Of a stretch of 64,000 nt of DNA, positions 60,022 to 64,000 are shown one piece after another. The DNA comes from Pelagibacteraceae bacterium AG-422-B15. GTDB lineage: Bacteria; Pseudomonadota; Alphaproteobacteria; Pelagibacterales; AG-422-B15. Each line of letters starts with the position of its first letter. Positions within the stretch are counted from its first letter, which is position 1. The DNA is taken from contig QCMN01000004.1 of assembly GCA_003213715.1 (NCBI GenBank), positions 2,161 to 66,160 on the forward strand, read 5' to 3'. Both the position numbers and the translations under genes were made by a program. A model generated the notes under the pieces. It worked only from the letters and a program-made list of their open reading frames with translations. It searched no databases and was not told the origin of the DNA.

Positions 60022-60939
60022 GTGAATAATCAAGTTAAAGAATGCTTTCACGATTGGATTGAGAATTTACAGAAAGTTAGAAACTTAAGTGACAACACGC
60101 TTATAAGCTACAAAAATGACATTGAAAAATTTTTAATTTTTTCAAAGGATCATTTTGGGGGTAGCTTATCAATGAGTGATCTTGATAGTATGCAAATTTC
60201 TGACTTCAGAAGTTTCTTATCCTTTTTAAGAAATCAAGGCATTGGAACTACATCAATTGCACGAGTGATATCATCATTAAAATCTTTTTTTAATTTCTTA
60301 GTAAATAATGAAAAAATAAAAAATAGTACGATACAATCCTTAAAATCACCTAAAGCAAAAAAGTCTTTGCCCAGACCAATTTCAGCTGATCTTGCAATTG
60401 AAGCTATTAAATATTCCCAAGAAATTGAAAAAGAGAAATGGGTAGGATTACGAAATAAGTCAATCCTTATGCTTTTATATGGATGTGGATTGAGAATATC
60501 TGAGGCATTAAATTTAAATTATGATGATATTAATGAAAATGAATATCTAGTTATTAGAGGAAAAGGAAACAAAGAAAGACTCGTGCCTTTAATGGAATTT
60601 ATTAAGCGCGAAATAAAAGAATATATAAAAGAGTGTCCAAAAGGTTTTGAAAATGGTGATCCACTTTTTTTAGGTAAAAGAATGAACCGTCTTAGTCCTA
60701 GAATTATCCAATATACTTTGGAAAAAATTAGACATAATTTGTCTTTACCTGAAACTGCAACCCCTCATGCGTTGAGACATAGTTTTGCTACACATTTGCT
60801 GGACTCAGGTGGAGACTTGAGAACAATTCAGGAATTATTGGGACATAGCAGTCTTTCCACAACTCAAAGATATACCAAAGTTGAGACTGAGCGACTATAT
60901 GAAGCATATTCAAAAACCCATCCGCTTGCTAAGAAATAA
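60022..60939 (+). CDS. xerC: Tyrosine recombinase XerC (XerC/XerD family)
   Basis: 305 aa with a GTG start. LYGCGLRISEAL, GKGNKERLVPL, HALRHSFATHLL, LGHSSLSTTQRYT. The LYGCGLRISEAL variant resembles alphaproteobacterial XerC rather than XerD. Confidence 0.75.
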   Translation: MNNQVKECFHDWIENLQKVRNLSDNTLISYKNDIEKFLIFSKDHFGGSLSMSDLDSMQISDFRSFLSFLRNQGIGTTSIARVISSLKSFFNFLVNNEKIKNSTIQSLKSPKAKKSLPRPISADLAIEAIKYSQEIEKEKWVGLRNKSILMLLYGCGLRISEALNLNYDDINENEYLVIRGKGNKERLVPLMEFIKREIKEYIKECPKGFENGDPLFLGKRMNRLSPRIIQYTLEKIRHNLSLPETATPHALRHSFATHLLDSGGDLRTIQELLGHSSLSTTQRYTKVETERLYEAYSKTHPLAKK

Positions 60940-60960
60940 ATAAATTATATATTAATACAT

Positions 60961-61356
60961 ATGCAAAACCCAATTTCAAGATGGCATGATGTCGTTAATC
61001 TTCGAGACTATAATGCTCTGACAGAGATATTAGATGAGCATGTTATTTTTTATTCTCCAGTTGTGTACACACCTCAGCGAGGAAAAGATATCACATTAAA
61101 ATATTTAATGGCTGCATCAGAAGTATTTAATGCATCGAATTTTAAATATCATAAAGAAATAATTGGAAAAACAAACGCAAGCCTTGAATTTACTTTGACC
61201 ATTGAAGATACTGACATTAATGGAATCGACCTCATCACATGGAATGAAGCTGGACTTATTACTGAATTTAAAGTATTTATCAGACCACTCCAGGGTGTTA
61301 ATATAATACACAAGATGATGGGTAACATGTTAGAGAGTTTTAAAAATGTCAGTTGA
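60961..61356 (+). CDS. NTF2-like / SnoaL-like small protein
   Basis: 131 aa. Size and pattern (W......D...L..IL.EHVIFYSPV...) are typical of the NTF2-fold superfamily. Confidence 0.55.
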   Translation: MQNPISRWHDVVNLRDYNALTEILDEHVIFYSPVVYTPQRGKDITLKYLMAASEVFNASNFKYHKEIIGKTNASLEFTLTIEDTDINGIDLITWNEAGLITEFKVFIRPLQGVNIIHKMMGNMLESFKNVS

Positions 61357-62266
61357 TTTTTTGTTCCAATATACCGCTCTAGAGCTTTTTTGGTTATTGG
61401 TACCAATTTTAATTGGAATAGCGGTCGTAGAAACATTAGCTATATATTTCTTTAAATTGAAAGGTAAAAATGATTTTAAAGAATGGATATTAAATATATC
61501 CATGGGAGTTTTAAGTTACCCTGTTAATGGAATATTTGCGTTTATAACACTAGGAGCTTTATTTTGGGCTAGGGAATTTCAGATTTATACATTCCCATTT
61601 ACTTTAAGCGCTTTAGTTTTATGCTTCATACTTGATGATTTAACTTTTTATTTACATCACAGAATTTGTCATCGATGGCGATGGGGCTGGGGGCTGCATC
61701 GAACTCACCACTCTTCAGAAAGAATGGGCATCGATGTGGGTGCAAGACAACCATTTACAAAACACTTCACTGGAACTCGAATGCTCAAAATACCACTTGT
61801 AATCATTGGCTTTGATCCAGTAATGGTTTTATTCTGTGTGTTTATAAACGGTTACTACCAATATTTATGCCACACTCAAACTATATATAAGTTACCACGC
61901 TGGTATGAGTATTTATTTAACACACCTTCACACCATAGAGTTCATCATGCAAGAAATCCGAAATACCTTGATGCAAATTATGCTGGAACACTAATGGTTT
62001 GGGATAGAATTTTTGGAACATTTGTTGCTGAAGATCCAAAAGAGCCTTGTGACTATGGATTGGTGGTTCCGATGACATCTTTGAATCCTCTTAGAATATT
62101 ATTTGAGGAATATGCAAATATATTTAAAGACATTTCAATGCGCGGTATTTCGCTTAAAGATAGATTTATGTATCTTTTCGGCCCTCCTGGATGGTCGCAT
62201 GACGGAACTCGAAAAACTTCAACTCAAATTAAAGAAGACTATAACAGGGCTATTAAAAGTCATTAA
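61346..62266 (+). CDS. Fatty acid hydroxylase / sterol desaturase superfamily membrane di-iron enzyme
   Basis: 306 aa. Histidine boxes HHRICH, HRTHH and HHRVHH, spaced as in the FA_hydroxylase superfamily. 3-4 N-terminal TM segments. Confidence 0.8.
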   Translation: MSVDFLFQYTALELFWLLVPILIGIAVVETLAIYFFKLKGKNDFKEWILNISMGVLSYPVNGIFAFITLGALFWAREFQIYTFPFTLSALVLCFILDDLTFYLHHRICHRWRWGWGLHRTHHSSERMGIDVGARQPFTKHFTGTRMLKIPLVIIGFDPVMVLFCVFINGYYQYLCHTQTIYKLPRWYEYLFNTPSHHRVHHARNPKYLDANYAGTLMVWDRIFGTFVAEDPKEPCDYGLVVPMTSLNPLRILFEEYANIFKDISMRGISLKDRFMYLFGPPGWSHDGTRKTSTQIKEDYNRAIKSH

Positions 62267-62856
62267 TGACACCTCCAGCTCATTTTGCTCTTTCTGAAAT
62301 ACTGATTGTAATAGCTGGTGCATACTCATTAAGAATCTTTTTACAACATAAGCTAAACTTTGCTGCTGCTGGAGTTTTAGTACTGGCAGTCGCAGCTTTT
62401 TTAGCAACCCTTAGGTTTGGCTTGAATATGCATACCGAGCTGAAGTCTTCACATCAATTGTTAACAGCTCTATCACTTCTATTCGGAGTACCACTCATCA
62501 CGATAGACGTCATTAAAAAAAGTAAGTTCCTTAATGAAAAGATAATTTTAATTTTTGCGCTGATAATGGCATTGATAAGTATATATATTTTCTTTCAAGC
62601 AAAGAGTTTAATCATTATGTATGCTGTTATGTGGCTTGTTCTTGGAATAATTTTTTCTTTTTTGATACCAAGAGAAAAAATTTCTTCTCGTTTCGTATCA
62701 AGCTTCATTTTTTCAATAGTACTGGTTAATTTTATTATTAGACAGGTTCAGCTGTTTGAACCAAATCTCAGCTGGCATTTTTATCATGTAGTTGTAGCAG
62801 TCTGGCTGTACTTGATGACTTTATTAATAACAAAAAAGGAAGCTAAATATGAATAG
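62266..62856 (+). CDS. Hypothetical polytopic membrane protein (~6 TM)
   Basis: 196 aa and hydrophobic throughout. Its start overlaps the previous stop by 1 nt. I recognise no family. Confidence 0.45.
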   Translation: MTPPAHFALSEILIVIAGAYSLRIFLQHKLNFAAAGVLVLAVAAFLATLRFGLNMHTELKSSHQLLTALSLLFGVPLITIDVIKKSKFLNEKIILIFALIMALISIYIFFQAKSLIIMYAVMWLVLGIIFSFLIPREKISSRFVSSFIFSIVLVNFIIRQVQLFEPNLSWHFYHVVVAVWLYLMTLLITKKEAKYE

Positions 62857-64000
62857 CTTGATTATCTACATTTAACGCAGCTTCTTTTATTGATTCTGTT
62901 AGAGTTGGATGTGCGTGACACGTTCTTGCGATATCCTCAGCTGATGCTCCAAATTCCATTGCAATTGTGAGTTCGCCAATAAGGTTGCCGGCGTCTGCTC
63001 CAATGATATGAACACCTAATACTTCATCTGTATTTTTATCAGATAAGATCTTCACAAACCCGCTTGTTTCATTCATCACTTTAGCTTTACCATTTGCTGA
63101 AAACGGAAATTTACCTATTTTGTATGTGATATTGTTTTTCTTTAATTCTTCCTCTGTTTTTCCAACTGATGCAACTTCTGGGGCAGTATAAATAACCGAT
63201 GGAATTGTATTATAGTTAACGTGTCCAGCCTGACCGTCAATAATCTCAGCTACAGCAGTACCTTCTTCTGAAGCTTTATGGGCAAGCATTGGTCCTACTT
63301 TACAATCACCGATTGCATAAATATTTTCAATCGAAGTATTAAAATACTGATTAGTCTCGATAAAGCCTTTATCATTCGTTTTTACTCCTATCTTCTCTAA
63401 GTTTAGACCAAAAGTGTAAGGTTTTCGACCAGTCGATATTAAAACTTTGTCACAATCCATATCAAGAGTTTGACCATTGTTTTCAACCGAAACAGAAAGT
63501 GAGCCGTTGCTTTTATTTACCTTTCTTAGAGCAGTAGAAAGTTTAAAATCAAATCCTTGTTTAATGAGTATTTTTTGAAAAGCATCAGAAATTTCTTGGT
63601 CCATTCCAGGAAGTATTCGGTCAGCATATTCAATAACTGTTACCTTTGATCCTAGTCTCGACCAAACAGATCCCATTTCCAAGCCAATGTAACCTGCGCC
63701 AATAACCATTAAGTGCTTTGGAACAGACGATAAACTTAAAGCTCCAGTGGATGATAAGATGTCAATTTCATCAATGATCACTCCCTCAGGTGAAACAACT
63801 TCTGAACCTGTAGCAATAATTGTTTTAGATGATTTAATAACCTCAGAGCTATCGCCAGTTAAAATCTCAATTTGCTCATTATTAATGAACTTGGCAAATC
63901 CCAATTTTCTTGTAACTTTATTTTTTTTAAAAAGAAATTCGATACCATTTGTAAGTGACTCGACGCTTTCATTTTTAGATTTCATTATTTTATTTAGATC
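62843..64000 (-). CDS. lpdA: Dihydrolipoyl dehydrogenase (E3), C-terminal ~385 aa; the N-terminus lies beyond the right edge
   Basis: NAD-binding GAGYIGLEMGS, and the C-terminal interface/His-Glu region (CHAHPTLTESIKEAAL). The frame stays open from the track's ATG (63985) to position 64000 (…DLNKI-MKSK…). The FAD/disulfide N-terminal domain is missing. Confidence 0.88.
   Translation of the reverse strand, partial: DLNKIMKSKNESVESLTNGIEFLFKKNKVTRKLGFAKFINNEQIEILTGDSSEVIKSSKTIIATGSEVVSPEGVIIDEIDILSSTGALSLSSVPKHLMVIGAGYIGLEMGSVWSRLGSKVTVIEYADRILPGMDQEISDAFQKILIKQGFDFKLSTALRKVNKSNGSLSVSVENNGQTLDMDCDKVLISTGRKPYTFGLNLEKIGVKTNDKGFIETNQYFNTSIENIYAIGDCKVGPMLAHKASEEGTAVAEIIDGQAGHVNYNTIPSVIYTAPEVASVGKTEEELKKNNITYKIGKFPFSANGKAKVMNETSGFVKILSDKNTDEVLGVHIIGADAGNLIGELTIAMEFGASAEDIARTCHAHPTLTESIKEAALNVDNQAIHI

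Noticed and set aside
60022-62856. xerC plus downstream genes as an integrated island
   Set aside because: The recombinase has full XerC catalytic motifs and sits in a housekeeping context. It is not adjacent to a tRNA, and I saw no direct repeats flanking 60940..62860. The downstream trio is reported separately as a lipid-modification candidate.

Overview
The window looks like core chromosome from a very AT-rich, highly compacted alphaproteobacterium, possibly a streamlined marine lineage. GC is roughly 30% by eye and was not computed. The lineage call rests on synteny blocks: fdxA-carD, priA next to atpHAGDC, rplU-rpmA-obg-proB-proA-nadD-rsfS-rlmH-ctpA-rppH, and tlpA-argH-lipopeptide-lysA. 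I call about 73 protein genes, two of them partial at the window edges. I also call 2 tRNAs (Arg-CCU, Leu-CAA), one SAM-II-like riboswitch with its own intrinsic terminator upstream of metXW, one bidirectional terminator, two sigma70-like promoters and one intragenic tandem repeat. I found no IS elements, prophage, integrons, CRISPR arrays or recognisable defence or toxin-antitoxin loci.

The metabolic theme is acetyl-CoA and propionyl-CoA assimilation. An ethylmalonyl-CoA pathway block (ecm, ccr, mcd) is embedded with a PduO-type adenosyltransferase, etfBA and a HIG1-like peptide. Methylmalonyl-CoA mutase with MeaB, and phaA with phaB, lie elsewhere in the window.

No unambiguous novel system stands out. 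The best candidates for undescribed biology are:
1. An RND (COG1033/MMPL-type), LolA-like and OM-barrel operon that lacks MFP and TolC partners and ends stop-on-stop against a FATP-type acyl-CoA synthetase.
2. A CarD/CdnL regulator with a roughly 100-aa histone-H1-like lysine tail, convergent with a standalone repeat-built H1-like gene.
3. An alpha/beta-hydrolase translationally coupled to ecm.
4. A DUF1015 gene heading a serC-serA-gpmA-phaA-phaB array.
5. tRNA-Leu ending 9 nt before the pabB start codon.
6. Near-absence of terminators, with five convergent gene pairs sharing a palindromic TTAA double stop.

All functional calls come from motif and family recognition by eye. No BLAST, HMM or folding was run.
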